From an uncultured delta proteobacterium (GTDB lineage Bacteria; Desulfobacterota; RBG-13-43-22): a stretch of DNA of 64,000 nt. The DNA lies in NCBI GenBank assembly GCA_963790475.1, contig CAWBOS010000010.1:1280001-1344000 (forward strand). The letters are read 5' to 3'. Below the pieces are notes generated by a model. The model saw nothing but the letters and a program-made list of their open reading frames with translations. It searched no databases and had not been told where the DNA came from. The translations under genes and the position numbers were made by a program. How positions within the stretch are numbered: the first letter of the stretch is position 1; each line of letters begins with the position of its first letter. Below, piece by piece: positions 10,670 through 21,125 of this stretch.

Positions 10670-11953
10670 TTAAAAAAGGGACTGATGACCCACACTAAAT
10701 CTAGAAGAGCCGATTAAACAAACCAGAGCTTCCATCGTAGGCGAAATCGAGGCAGGCTTTTTCAGGAGCCGCTCCGCCACCTCCGGGACATTTGGGCCCG
10801 CTCCCGTAACGATACAAACAACCGTCTCTTCCTTTGGTATTATTCCCTCCCGGATCAGTTTTCTGGCCGCCATGATCGGAATCGACGATGTGGGCTCGGC
10901 AAAGATGCCCTCTTTCACGGCTAACAACCTCCGCCCTTCCAAGGCTTCTTCATCGGATACTGCAACGGCACGACCACCTGACTCGTGGATGGCATTCAAC
11001 GCAGCAGGGCCAAAGATATTAGAAACAGGGATCGCATCGCAAATTGTTTTCGGTTCAAAGGGCTCCACCTCGAACCACTGCTTGCGTCCCACAAATGCCT
11101 TTACTAGGGGATCTGCTCCTTCTCCCTGGACAGCCGTCATTTTTGGCAGTTTGTCGACAAATCCAAGCTTCTGGAATTCCTTGTATCCCTTCCACTGCAC
11201 AGCGAAACTCTCCCCCGTCGTTGGTGTTAAAAGCCAGTCGGGAGACCTCCATCTCAACTGTTCACAGATCTCATAGGAAATGGATCGATGCCCTTCCATG
11301 AGGTAAGGATTCACTGCCTTTGCCTGAGTAATATTGGCCCAGCCATAGTGGTTGCAGGCCTGCATTACCAGTATCCCCGCTTCGAGAAGAGAGCCCTCAA
11401 TCAGGATGACATTCGCACCATAGACGAGGACCCGGTTGATTTTTGAAGGCGAACTTGTCACCGGCATAAATACGTGGCATGCGATCCCTGCTTTTGCACA
11501 GTATGCAGCCGCTGAGGCACCACAATTTCCATCGGTAGCAAGCGCCGCCGTATGGAGGCCGCTTCTCTTGACTCTGGATATGGCCAGTGACATGACGCGA
11601 TCCTTAAAACTAAGGGTTGGGGATAGAGATTCATTCTTGAGGTAGAGGTTTTCGATCCCGATATCGATAGCGAGACGACTACACTTCACCAATGGGGTTC
11701 CGCCTTCACCCATGGTGACAATGGAGTCGCGGTCCACGCCAGGCATGAATTCCCAATACTTCCATAGGGATGGTGTTCTTCTCTCCAAAACACCCGGATC
11801 AATTTGCTTGGCAATCTCGCCATAGTCATAAACCGGATCGAGAATTCCGTGAAAGATGCCTCGTTGCCCGCATTCCGGGCAGGCCGTCATATCGTCAGCG
11901 ATGCCATATTCCTTTCCACAATCAAGACATTGTAGGCTCTTGAGATAAATCAT
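10670..11953 (-). CDS. thrC: Threonine synthase-family PLP enzyme
   Basis: N-terminal CxxC..CPEC, MGEGGTPL, LYLKNE..SPTLSFKDR (PLP Lys), EGIFAEP, VCIVTG; some motifs are divergent, so it may be a paralogue. Confidence 0.8.
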   Translation of the reverse strand: MIYLKSLQCLDCGKEYGIADDMTACPECGQRGIFHGILDPVYDYGEIAKQIDPGVLERRTPSLWKYWEFMPGVDRDSIVTMGEGGTPLVKCSRLAIDIGIENLYLKNESLSPTLSFKDRVMSLAISRVKRSGLHTAALATDGNCGASAAAYCAKAGIACHVFMPVTSSPSKINRVLVYGANVILIEGSLLEAGILVMQACNHYGWANITQAKAVNPYLMEGHRSISYEICEQLRWRSPDWLLTPTTGESFAVQWKGYKEFQKLGFVDKLPKMTAVQGEGADPLVKAFVGRKQWFEVEPFEPKTICDAIPVSNIFGPAALNAIHESGGRAVAVSDEEALEGRRLLAVKEGIFAEPTSSIPIMAARKLIREGIIPKEETVVCIVTGAGPNVPEVAERLLKKPASISPTMEALVCLIGSSRFSVGHQSLF

Positions 11954-11971
11954 AACTTTTCTCCTAAATAT

Positions 11972-13009
11972 TTATTGTGAAGCGGCCTTACTTTTAATGA
12001 TTTCGTCGGCCATTTTTGCAGCAGCTCCGTCAGTCGTAATGCCTTCGCTTTCAGCTATTTTCAACACCTCAAGACAATTGTCATAAATCTTCGCAACCGC
12101 CTGATTGGTTTCTTCAATTGTTCTACCCATAATCGGGGCAGCGCCTGCAATAACTCCACCTGCGTTTGCTACGTAGTCGGGAACAAAAAGAATACCTTTA
12201 TCCTTCAACATTTGTGCGTGGCGGCCCTCGGCGAGCTGGTTATTAGCTCCTCCACAGATAATGGGGACCTTTATTTTGGGAATGGTATAATCATTTAGAA
12301 CGGCACCCAGAGCGCATGGAGCTAAAACATCAACATCCAGAGAGAATAATTCCTCCAGACCAACTGCAATTGCACCAAATTTCTCTACTGCAAGTTTCAC
12401 ATTATCCTGATTGATATCGCTTACATAAATTTTTATGCCATTTTTGACCAGGTGTCCGGCCAGATATCTACCCACGTTTCCAAACCCCTGCATTGCCACA
12501 GTGACAGCTTTGCGTTTCAATTTATAATCAGCGGCAGCGCGAATGGCATTGTAAATACCCTCACCGGTTGCCGGGGATGTGTCGCCGCTTTGCCCCGGAA
12601 GCCCGGTGACAAAAGGAGTTTGCCGTCTGATCACCACCATATCTTCAGGAGTAGTTCCAACATCTTCAGCGATAATGTAACGGCCTCCCAATCTGTTTAC
12701 AAATCTACCGAGCGCCTCAAACAGAGCTTCGCTTTTATCTTTTTTGGGATCTCCTATAACAACCGTTTTCCCTCCACCTGCAGGCAAACCAGCAATAGCA
12801 CATTTATTAGTCATGGCTCTGCTTAATCTAAGCACATCATTTAACGCCGCATCAGAGTCGGGATATGGGAAAAACCGGCAACCGCCGCCGCATGTCCCCC
12901 CCAGAACCGTACTGTGAATTGCGATGATAGCTCTCAAGCCGCTTTTTTCATCCTCAACAAAACTTACCTGTTCGTGGTTTTGGTATTCTTTGTTTTCAAA
13001 TACTCCCAT
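11972..13009 (-). CDS. Glu/Leu/Phe/Val dehydrogenase (leucine dehydrogenase-like)
   Basis: AIIAIHST, GGCR, MTNKCA, GGGKTV, AEDVGT, QGFGNVG, GGANNQL, PDYVANAGG. Confidence 0.92.
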   Translation of the reverse strand: MGVFENKEYQNHEQVSFVEDEKSGLRAIIAIHSTVLGGTCGGGCRFFPYPDSDAALNDVLRLSRAMTNKCAIAGLPAGGGKTVVIGDPKKDKSEALFEALGRFVNRLGGRYIIAEDVGTTPEDMVVIRRQTPFVTGLPGQSGDTSPATGEGIYNAIRAAADYKLKRKAVTVAMQGFGNVGRYLAGHLVKNGIKIYVSDINQDNVKLAVEKFGAIAVGLEELFSLDVDVLAPCALGAVLNDYTIPKIKVPIICGGANNQLAEGRHAQMLKDKGILFVPDYVANAGGVIAGAAPIMGRTIEETNQAVAKIYDNCLEVLKIAESEGITTDGAAAKMADEIIKSKAASQ

Positions 13010-13758
13010 TATTTTCTACCTCCTAATTTAAATTTGGCTTTGCACCATTATTTTGCGACAGGCCGACAGTAATTTTCAGATGGACAGTTTTTCTTCAGTT
13101 AAGAATTTTAATTTAAAAGGGGGTAGAATGAAAGTGAAAATACACAATAGAGAGATGGTCCCGAAAATCGAATTGTTTTGCTTTCCAATCACCAATTGAA
13201 CCAAAATCAAATGTTACCAAGGAAATAGTATAATTTGGAACGTTGACATCTGGCCGGAATACTTACTTCAAAAGTAAGGAAATGCTCCCTTCACAAAATA
13301 TGGGTAAAGAGAATTCTTTAAGAAACGTTCGGCGTTTCCCGCCTGGGGCGGGAGGGGAAAAAGTCAGATTATAGCTGGCAACTAAGGCTAAGACCAGGAC
13401 ACCAGGCATCCGGGTAATAAGAAAGGATAGAGGATATCATAAGGTCCAGGATGATTCCGTCAGGATGAAGATAATCCAACCGTCATTCAGAAATCGATGA
13501 TTCACGTTGAAGGTTATTGAACGGGGGAGGTGACCAAAAAATACGAAAAACATTTCGGCCGGAAAAAAATAATTTCGGACAGTAGATTAATGAAAAATGG
13601 TTCTTGCTTACTCAAACACTCTTAGAAAAAAATTAAATTTCGCTCGAACCAATAAGAAGAGAGAAATCTCCGAAGTCCCAACACGAAACTCCAAACAATT
13701 TTCAATGAAAGACGGACGTATTATCCTTAAGTCTTCATCCCTCGCCTTTCATACCGCC

Positions 13759-16359
13759 TTACTTATTTTTCCTCCCCTTCCCTTTCATCCCTTTGGGTGC
13801 TTTACCCGGCCACAGGTAAACGATAGGCGAAGCCACAAAAACGGAGGAATAGGTACCAACGAGTACTCCCATGAGCATGGCCAGGGCAAAGTCATGGATG
13901 ACCACCCCTCCCAGAAAAAAGAGGGCAAGGACGACCAGAAAAACCGTCAGGGAGGTGATAATGGTCCGGGAAAGGACTTCGTTGATGCTCAGGTTGATGA
14001 CCTCGCCAAAATCCTTTTTACCGCTGCGGTTCATGGTCTCCCGGATACGGTCAAAGACCACCACCGTGTCCGTCAGAGAATAACCGGCCAAGGTCAGCAG
14101 GGCGGTAACAATCAGCAAGGTAATTTCTTTATCCAATAAATAAAAAATCCCCAGGACGGCCAGGACATCGTGGAAGGTGGCTATGGCCGCGGCCACACCG
14201 AATCGCAATTCAAAACGCCAGGCCAGGTAGATAATGATACCGACCAAAAAAATGGCAATGGCAATCAAAGCGGCCTGCTTCAAGGCCCCGCTGACCGAGG
14301 ACCCGATTTCGTCCTTGCTTTCCAAAACGAATTTATACTCCGGAAAATCCTCCTGCAGGGCCTTTCCGATGGCATCGGTTGCTTTGCTGACCGACAGTTC
14401 TGTTTTTTTAATCCGAACGATCAGGATGTTTTCGTTGGCCACCTGCTGCAACTCAAGGTCCTTAAAACCCCTTTGGGTCAGGGCCGCTCGAACTCTGTCC
14501 AACCGGAATGGCTGAGCGGCCTTGAACTGGGACATGGTTCCGCCGGAGAATTCGACACCCAGGTTGGCCTCTCCCCGGTTTATCTGGACAAAGGCGATCA
14601 AGCCCAGCAGGCACAAGATTCCCGAAAAGATAAAAGCATATTTTTTCAAGCCGATAAAATCGATTTTGGTTTTCTTCAAAAACTGGACAAAATGCAAAGC
14701 CTTGAGCCGCCGTTTGAGGCTTAGGTAATCATAGACCACCCGGGTGCAAAAAAGGGCGGTAAAAAGATTGAAGATAACACCGATACTCAAGGTAACGGCA
14801 AAGCCCTTGATGGGCCCGGATCCAAACAGAAAAAAAGCAAAGGCCGCGATCAGGGTGGTGACATGGGAGTCGATAATGGTCCAGAAGGCCTTGTCGTATC
14901 CGCCGTCCACGCCGGATTTGACCGGTTTCCCTTGATGAAATTCCTCCCGCATCCGTTCAAAGATCAAAACATTGGAATCCACCGCCATACCAACGGACAG
15001 GAGGATGCCGGCGATGCCGGGCAGGGTTAAGGTGGCCCGAAAAATACTCAGGGCGGCCAACATAAAAATTAGATTCAAGATCAAGGCAAAATCAGCTATC
15101 AAACCGGAGAAGCGATAATAGTACAGCATGAACAGGATTACCAGGCCCGTGCCTATCAGACCCGACCAAAATCCTTTTTGAATGGAATCCAGCCCCAGAG
15201 ACGGCCCCACGGTCGCATTCCGGACAACATGGACCGGAGCCGGTAAGGCACCCGCCCGCAGGACAATGGCCAGGTCGGTGGCTTCATCCATGGAAAAAGA
15301 TCCGGTAATCTGGGCCTTGCCCCCTGAAATCCGTTCTTGAATCACCGGTGCCGATTGAACGACTTGATCCAAAATAATAGCCAGCTGACGGTTGACATTA
15401 TCCCGGGTGATCTGATCGAAGACCCGGCTGCCGTGGGCGTTGAGCTCGATGCTGACATAGGGCTCATTATAAGTTCCGCCGATTTGGACTATTGCTGTTT
15501 TAATGGCATCTCCGGTCATCAAGGTCTTGGAAAAAAGCAAGATTGGAATGCGGCTGGCCCGTCCGGTTTCCCGGTTGACCTCTTTCCGGAAGTATACTTC
15601 CCTTTCGGGCGGTATTTGATCCTTCAAGGCCTCGTTCAGTTCCGTATGATTGTAATCCCTTTTTAATTTACCGCTGTTGATAGCTTGTTCGATAAGGCCG
15701 GCAAGATCGATCTTCGTTTCACTGTCCACCAGTTTAAATTCCAATTGGGCGGTCCGGCCGATAAGATCCATGGCCCGCTGGGGATCCTTGACACCTGGCA
15801 ATTGAACCACTATTTCATCTGAGCCCTGGCGGACGATGGTCGGTTCCGTTACCCCGAATTGATCAATCCGGTTTCGGATGATCTCCAGACTTTGTGACAG
15901 GGCATTTTCGGTTATCGACTTCATTTCTTTTTCTTTTAAAGCCAGTTGGACCTGAACCCCCTCCGGCCTGGGGGTTGATGAAACGACGATCAGGTTGGGA
16001 AATTCATCTTTAATCGTTTTCTGGACCTCGGATAAGTTATCAGCATTGGGCAAAAGAAAATTCAGCCGGTTATTTCCCGCGGCTTCTCCCCGGCTGGCCG
16101 GGATCTGTTTTTTCCTCAAACTCTCTCGTAAATCCTGTTGAGAAAGTTCCAGATAATTTTTAGTGGCTGTCTCCAGATCGACCTTGAGGATCAGGTGCAT
16201 CCCACCCTGGAGATCCAATCCCAGCCTCAATCCCTCGCTGGGTAAAACACTGCTCCACCAGGAAGGCAGATCTTTAGTCAGGGAAGGAACGATAAAGAGA
16301 GCGGACAAGGCCACCAAAAGGCCGATCAAAGTAAACTTCCACCTAATCTTCTTAAGCAT
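13759..16359 (-). CDS. secDF: Protein translocase SecDF fusion
   Basis: LGLDLQGG, RNRIDQFGVTEP, LRAGALPAP, GMAVDSNVLIFER (SecD); GVEFSGG, HDV, GYSLTDTVVVFDRIRE (SecF). Confidence 0.96.
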   Translation of the reverse strand: MLKKIRWKFTLIGLLVALSALFIVPSLTKDLPSWWSSVLPSEGLRLGLDLQGGMHLILKVDLETATKNYLELSQQDLRESLRKKQIPASRGEAAGNNRLNFLLPNADNLSEVQKTIKDEFPNLIVVSSTPRPEGVQVQLALKEKEMKSITENALSQSLEIIRNRIDQFGVTEPTIVRQGSDEIVVQLPGVKDPQRAMDLIGRTAQLEFKLVDSETKIDLAGLIEQAINSGKLKRDYNHTELNEALKDQIPPEREVYFRKEVNRETGRASRIPILLFSKTLMTGDAIKTAIVQIGGTYNEPYVSIELNAHGSRVFDQITRDNVNRQLAIILDQVVQSAPVIQERISGGKAQITGSFSMDEATDLAIVLRAGALPAPVHVVRNATVGPSLGLDSIQKGFWSGLIGTGLVILFMLYYYRFSGLIADFALILNLIFMLAALSIFRATLTLPGIAGILLSVGMAVDSNVLIFERMREEFHQGKPVKSGVDGGYDKAFWTIIDSHVTTLIAAFAFFLFGSGPIKGFAVTLSIGVIFNLFTALFCTRVVYDYLSLKRRLKALHFVQFLKKTKIDFIGLKKYAFIFSGILCLLGLIAFVQINRGEANLGVEFSGGTMSQFKAAQPFRLDRVRAALTQRGFKDLELQQVANENILIVRIKKTELSVSKATDAIGKALQEDFPEYKFVLESKDEIGSSVSGALKQAALIAIAIFLVGIIIYLAWRFELRFGVAAAIATFHDVLAVLGIFYLLDKEITLLIVTALLTLAGYSLTDTVVVFDRIRETMNRSGKKDFGEVINLSINEVLSRTIITSLTVFLVVLALFFLGGVVIHDFALAMLMGVLVGTYSSVFVASPIVYLWPGKAPKGMKGKGRKNK

Positions 16360-16469
16360 AATAAGTCCTTATGTAATCCGTTAGGAATATGGGTTTAGGA
16401 TAAATAATCCGACTTTTAAAGCCTTTTTGTTTGTCATTATTTGAGTTAAAAGTCAAGCTTATAATTTAT

Positions 16470-16670
16470 TAATCGGCTTCGCAAAAAGTCCATCTGACCC
16501 GCGCTACGCGGGATTGCACTGCACCCTGCCCCCCTTTTCAGCGGGCAGGCTTATTGCGGCGTACTTCGAGGTACGCCTCATTTCTCTTGGTTTGCGCGCT
16601 TAGTCCCGCCGATAGGCGGGAGAGCTTTTTCCTGTGCCGTCCGGTTAGATGACTTTTAGGGGTTCATTAT
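16470..16670. repeat. MITE-like structured intergenic element (AAAAAGTC ... GACTTTTT ends, internal hairpins)
   Basis: Imperfect terminal inverted repeats; hairpins GGCGTAC/GTACGCC and CCCGCC/GGCGGG. Confidence 0.55.
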
Positions 16671-16822
16671 TTTCGGATGAGGGTGAAAAGGCAAAGGAGC
16701 AATACCTGATTTCCAAGGCTTAGGACCTCCACGGTCCCTTCCTGGGTCTGGATCATTGGTTGGTTATGGAGAAAAAGGATTGGCTAATGGGGTCTTATGT
16801 TCCGCAATCCGAAATCGATAAT

Positions 16823-18295
16823 CTAAAATCCCCCTAGTCTATCCCTGGCCATTTGATAGAGCTTGATATATTCCTTGGCTGAGGTCTCCCAGGAAAAATC
16901 CACGGTCATAGCATTTTTCATCAGTTGAACCCATCGGTCGTGATCCTGATAAACTTCCAGGGCCTCTTCCAGGGCCCACCACAAGGCCTCGGCCTGATAA
17001 AAATTGAATTTAAATCCAGTCCCTTTATTGGTTTTGGTATCAAAAGGAACAACGGTGTCATCCAGACCGCCTGTGGCCCGGACCACCGGGATGGACCCAT
17101 ACTTGAGACTGTAGATCTGATTCAAACCGCAGGGTTCGTATAGGGAGGGCATTAAGAACATATCACTCCCGGCCTCGATTTTATGGGCCAGGGCATTGTC
17201 AAAGGTCAATCGGACCCCCAGCCTTTTCGGATATTTTTCAGCTAATTCGGAAAACAGAAGATGATATTTTTCTTCTCCGGTACCCAGAACGACCAGGGAG
17301 ACTTCCCGTTCCAAAAGCCGATCCATGATCCCGACCAGAAGATCAAAACCCTTTTGATCGGCCAGGCGGGATATGACGCCCAGAACCGGGTGGTTCAGGC
17401 GATCTTCCGGGAGATTATACTGGTTCAGGAGATCTTTCTTGCAAGCCCTTTTTCCGGAGAGGTCCTGCCGGCTATAATGGGCAGCGAGAAAGGAATCGGT
17501 TTCCGGGTTCCAGAGTTGGTAGTCCACCCCGTTGAGGATTCCGAACAGATCATTCTTTCGACATTTCAGGATCCCTTCCAGGCCATAGCCGTATTCGGTG
17601 GTTTGAATTTCCTGGCTGTACTTCCGGCTGACCGTATTGATGATCTGGCTGTAAACAATCCCGGCCTTTAAAAGATTGGCGCTGCCCCAGAATTCCAGTC
17701 CCTCGCATGAAAAACTTTCTTGGGGTAATCCAGCTAACTCCAATATCGATCGGGGAAAGGATCCCTGGTAGGCTATGTTATGGATGGTAAAAAGGGAGGC
17801 GGTTTCCCGATAGAAGGGATCGGTTTCCCGCCCGTAATGCAAACAAGCCGGGATCAATCCGGTCTGCCAGTCATGACAGTGGATGATGTCCGGCCGAAAC
17901 TTCAAGGCCTGGGCCGTGTTCAATGTTCCTCTGGCTAAAAAAGAAAACCGGCTGTCATTGTCAAAGTAGTCGCCTTTGGCACTGCCATATAAATTACCCC
18001 GATCATAGAACTCATCCCTCTCGATGAAATAAACGGGAAGGCCTTCATCCAGTTCCCCCTCATAGATATCGGCGCTGATTTGCCGGTCCCCCAAAGGGAC
18101 GGGTAAACCCTCCAATACTTTCTTAATAGGAAATTTCCCCTGCCGAACCGATTGATAAAGCGGCATCACCAGACGTACCTCGCAACCCAGGGCCTTCAAG
18201 GCCTTGGGCAGAGAGCCGGCCACATCGGCCAGACCGCCGGTCTTGGCAAAAGGAACCACTTCCGGCGAAACGAATAAGATTTTCAAAGGATCCAT
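16823..18295 (-). CDS. glgA: Glycogen synthase
   Basis: KTGGLADV, HCHDWQ, TIHNIAYQG, SRLADQKG, EPCGLNQ; likely start MDPLKIL at 18295. Confidence 0.96.
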   Translation of the reverse strand: MDPLKILFVSPEVVPFAKTGGLADVAGSLPKALKALGCEVRLVMPLYQSVRQGKFPIKKVLEGLPVPLGDRQISADIYEGELDEGLPVYFIERDEFYDRGNLYGSAKGDYFDNDSRFSFLARGTLNTAQALKFRPDIIHCHDWQTGLIPACLHYGRETDPFYRETASLFTIHNIAYQGSFPRSILELAGLPQESFSCEGLEFWGSANLLKAGIVYSQIINTVSRKYSQEIQTTEYGYGLEGILKCRKNDLFGILNGVDYQLWNPETDSFLAAHYSRQDLSGKRACKKDLLNQYNLPEDRLNHPVLGVISRLADQKGFDLLVGIMDRLLEREVSLVVLGTGEEKYHLLFSELAEKYPKRLGVRLTFDNALAHKIEAGSDMFLMPSLYEPCGLNQIYSLKYGSIPVVRATGGLDDTVVPFDTKTNKGTGFKFNFYQAEALWWALEEALEVYQDHDRWVQLMKNAMTVDFSWETSAKEYIKLYQMARDRLGGF

Positions 18296-18671
18296 ATCTT
18301 CCTCAAGTCTGCCGATATCTCCCCGCAAAAAACCTTCTTTCCTTGGAGGGATATTCGGGATGCGGGGTTAATATCAATTTTTTCAATAAATTTCTACCAT
18401 ATACCAATTAAAATGAAAACAGATTTTTTCTTTTAAACAAGGGTCCATTCGGCTCTTGCCTTTTGGAAATTGAAAAAAATATCTTTTCTGATGGAAAGAG
18501 TATAAGTTAATAAACCAAGAACAGGAGGAGGCCGCTCAGGCTATGAATATCGTGTCTCAAAAACAGCTCGACAGAAAATCAACCTGATTCACAAAAACTG
18601 ACCTGAGTTATGATTAATGGATGGGAATAATTACGCAGCAAGGATTACTCAACCAGGAGGTATGAGCTATA

Positions 18672-18938
18672 ATGAACAAAAAAATTTACATTGCCAATAT
18701 ATCCTTCCAAACCAGCGAACCGGAGATCAGAGCCCTTTTCTCCAAAGCGGGAGATGTCACCTCGGTCAAGATCGTCGGGGACAGACAGACCGGGCAACCA
18801 AAAGGTTTTGCCTTCGTCGAGATGTCCACTCAGTGGGAGGCCCGGAGGGCCATCTCCATGTTTAATCAAGCCGAATTCAAGGGAAATATTTTGTTGGTAA
18901 AAGAGGCCATAGTCAGGCGGGGCTTCAACGGAAGATAA
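18672..18938 (+). CDS. Single-RRM RNA-binding protein
   Basis: RNP2 KIYIANI and RNP1 KGFAFVEM; AGGAGG RBS. Confidence 0.92.
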   Translation: MNKKIYIANISFQTSEPEIRALFSKAGDVTSVKIVGDRQTGQPKGFAFVEMSTQWEARRAISMFNQAEFKGNILLVKEAIVRRGFNGR

Positions 18939-19179
18939 GGAAACCCGATCTTTCCTGATCAGGATCAGCAGGAACAAATTACCAACGTATATTCCACCGG
19001 AGGAGAATTCTGCCCCTTGAAGTGTCACAGAAATGGATCCGCCTTATTCAGGATTGACATTCACTATGCTGGGTATTAATAATAATTTTTTATTAATGCC
19101 CTATTCAATTTAATCACGGACCGATACCCAGGCGTATTTTTTCCGAAACAAAATCAAAAAAAGAAAGAGGAGGATTGGA

Positions 19180-20391
19180 ATGGCCGTAAATATTTTCACT
19201 TCACCCCGCGAGATCTATTATGGATCCGGGGCACTAAGTAGTGTGGGCAATGTGCGAGGGCAACGGGTCTTGGTGGTTACCGACAGCGGGGTGAAGGCCC
19301 AAGGCCTGCTTGACAAGCTGGAGGCGATCATTAAAGGCCGGGGCGCGGACTTGGCGGTATTTGATCAAGTGGAGCCGGACCCCTCCCGGGCATTGATTGG
19401 GAGAATCCTTGGCCAGGCCCAGGATTTTCAACCCGACCTTTTGATAGGTTTGGGCGGAGGATCGTCGATTGATGCCGGAAAGGCGGCCTGGGTCCTCTAT
19501 GAAAATCCGGATTGGGCCCACCTTTCCGTGCCAGAGGTGTCGCAGAAGATGCCCCAATGTATCTTAAGACAAAAGGCCCGATACGTGGCTATCCCGACCA
19601 CCAGTGGAACCGGCTCAGAGGTCACTAGAACTGCGGTAGTTACCGATTCAACCAAAGTCCCTCCTTTTAAGGGGGCCTGGACTGCCCCTCAATTGGTCCC
19701 GGATGTGGCCATCCTGGATCCGGAATTAACCGTTACCATGCCGCCTTCGGTTACCGCTAACAGCGGGTTTGACGCCCTGTGCCATGCCCTTGAATGCTAT
19801 GTGTTGACCAATCCCTCCGATTTGGTGGATTCCCTGGCCCTCTGGTCAGCCCGGACCATCTGCGAATGTCTCCCGAAGGCCGTTTCGAATGGAAGGGACC
19901 TTCAAATCCGGGAACGTATGCACCTGGCAGCCTTGCAGGCCGGACAGGCCTTCACCAACGGGAGCCTGGGTCTGGTTCATATGCTGGCCCATATCCTGGG
20001 AGCGGAATACCATATTCCCCACGGCCGGGCCATTGCCTTTGTTATTTGCCCGGTCTTCGCCTATTTTTACAGCACCCGTCGGGAACGTCTGGTCGATTTG
20101 GCCAAGGCCCTGAGTCTTAGGGGTGCCGACGATGAAGCCATGGTTCAGGCCCTGCTTGATTTCTTGAATAAATTAAAACAGGAGGTCGGCATTCCCTTAT
20201 CCATTAAAGATTCAGCACTTCCGGAAGACTTGTTTGTTTCCGGACTTAAGACCCAGATCGAAGGGTTTCAAGCCCGACTATCGGTCCTACCCCCTGTGAT
20301 GCGTTCTATGCTGGGTGTTCCGGATTCAATGGAAGAGGTCCGGACTATTCTGGACCAGGCCTGGAAAGGAACAACGCCTGCCCTCAAGTAA
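19180..20391 (+). CDS. Iron-containing alcohol dehydrogenase
   Basis: GGGSSIDAGK, IPTTSGTGSEVT, DALCHALE, H...H, PHG metal ligands. Confidence 0.93.
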   Translation: MAVNIFTSPREIYYGSGALSSVGNVRGQRVLVVTDSGVKAQGLLDKLEAIIKGRGADLAVFDQVEPDPSRALIGRILGQAQDFQPDLLIGLGGGSSIDAGKAAWVLYENPDWAHLSVPEVSQKMPQCILRQKARYVAIPTTSGTGSEVTRTAVVTDSTKVPPFKGAWTAPQLVPDVAILDPELTVTMPPSVTANSGFDALCHALECYVLTNPSDLVDSLALWSARTICECLPKAVSNGRDLQIRERMHLAALQAGQAFTNGSLGLVHMLAHILGAEYHIPHGRAIAFVICPVFAYFYSTRRERLVDLAKALSLRGADDEAMVQALLDFLNKLKQEVGIPLSIKDSALPEDLFVSGLKTQIEGFQARLSVLPPVMRSMLGVPDSMEEVRTILDQAWKGTTPALK

Positions 20392-20409
20392 AAGAAAGGA
20401 GGCATAACC

Positions 20410-21048
20410 ATGTTTGTGAAAAACAGGATGACCACCGAGGTCATTACCCTAAGCCCCGACCAAACCCTGTTAAAGGCCATGAACATTATCCAACAAAAAC
20501 GGATCCGTCATCTGCCTGTGGTCCAGGGGGGAAAAGTGGTGGGGATCGTCACTGAGCTCGATGTCCGCAGGGCCGGGGCTTCCGATTCCACATCTCTTTC
20601 GATCTTTGAACTGAATTATCTATTAGATCAAATCAAAGTATCCAGCTTTATGACCAAGAAGGTGATTACCGTTTCACCTGATGAACCGATCGAAACAGCA
20701 GCCAAGATAATCTACGATCATAAGATCGGCGCCCTGCCGGTTGTCGACCAAAACCAACTGGTGGGGCTAATCACCAGTTCTGATATCCTGGAAACCTTTA
20801 TCGAGGTTTTGGGTATTAACAAACCCAGCGTCCGGGTCGAACTGGAACTGGAAAACCGGATCGGCGCTCTGGCGGATACGACCAAAATTTTAAAAGAACT
20901 GGGGCTCTATCTGGTCAGCCTGGTCACCTTGCCCGAAGAGGAAGGCCAAAAGACCCGGGGTATGGTTTTTCGTGTCAGCCGCACGGATGAAAATAAATTG
21001 AAGGACTTTCTCCGCACCGTCGGTCCGCCGATTATTTCAGTAAAATAA
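20410..21048 (+). CDS. CBS-pair plus ACT domain protein (AcuB-like)
   Basis: Two CBS domains (IRHLPVV, IGALPVV) and an ACT-like ENRIGALAD. Confidence 0.88.
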   Translation: MFVKNRMTTEVITLSPDQTLLKAMNIIQQKRIRHLPVVQGGKVVGIVTELDVRRAGASDSTSLSIFELNYLLDQIKVSSFMTKKVITVSPDEPIETAAKIIYDHKIGALPVVDQNQLVGLITSSDILETFIEVLGINKPSVRVELELENRIGALADTTKILKELGLYLVSLVTLPEEEGQKTRGMVFRVSRTDENKLKDFLRTVGPPIISVK

Positions 21049-21125
21049 TTCGACCACTTTGATAAAAGGATTCGCTTTAACGATTTCGTTCCCCAGGGCT
21101 ATGCAATACTGGCCTTATCCCAAGA

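Noticed and set aside
10200-10690. Possible tRNA/att site or IS end in the AT-rich gap
   Set aside because: No cloverleaf, convincing terminal repeat or transposase fragment could be identified
13330-13560. Possible small or selenocysteine-containing ORF downstream of secDF
   Set aside because: Only short frames, without an RBS, redox motif or recognisable SECIS
16360-16820. Possible arrest-peptide uORF upstream of secDF (VemP/ApdA/ApdP-like)
   Set aside because: I found only a short ORF (MIQTQEG...IRK) with no RAPP-like motif or signal peptide
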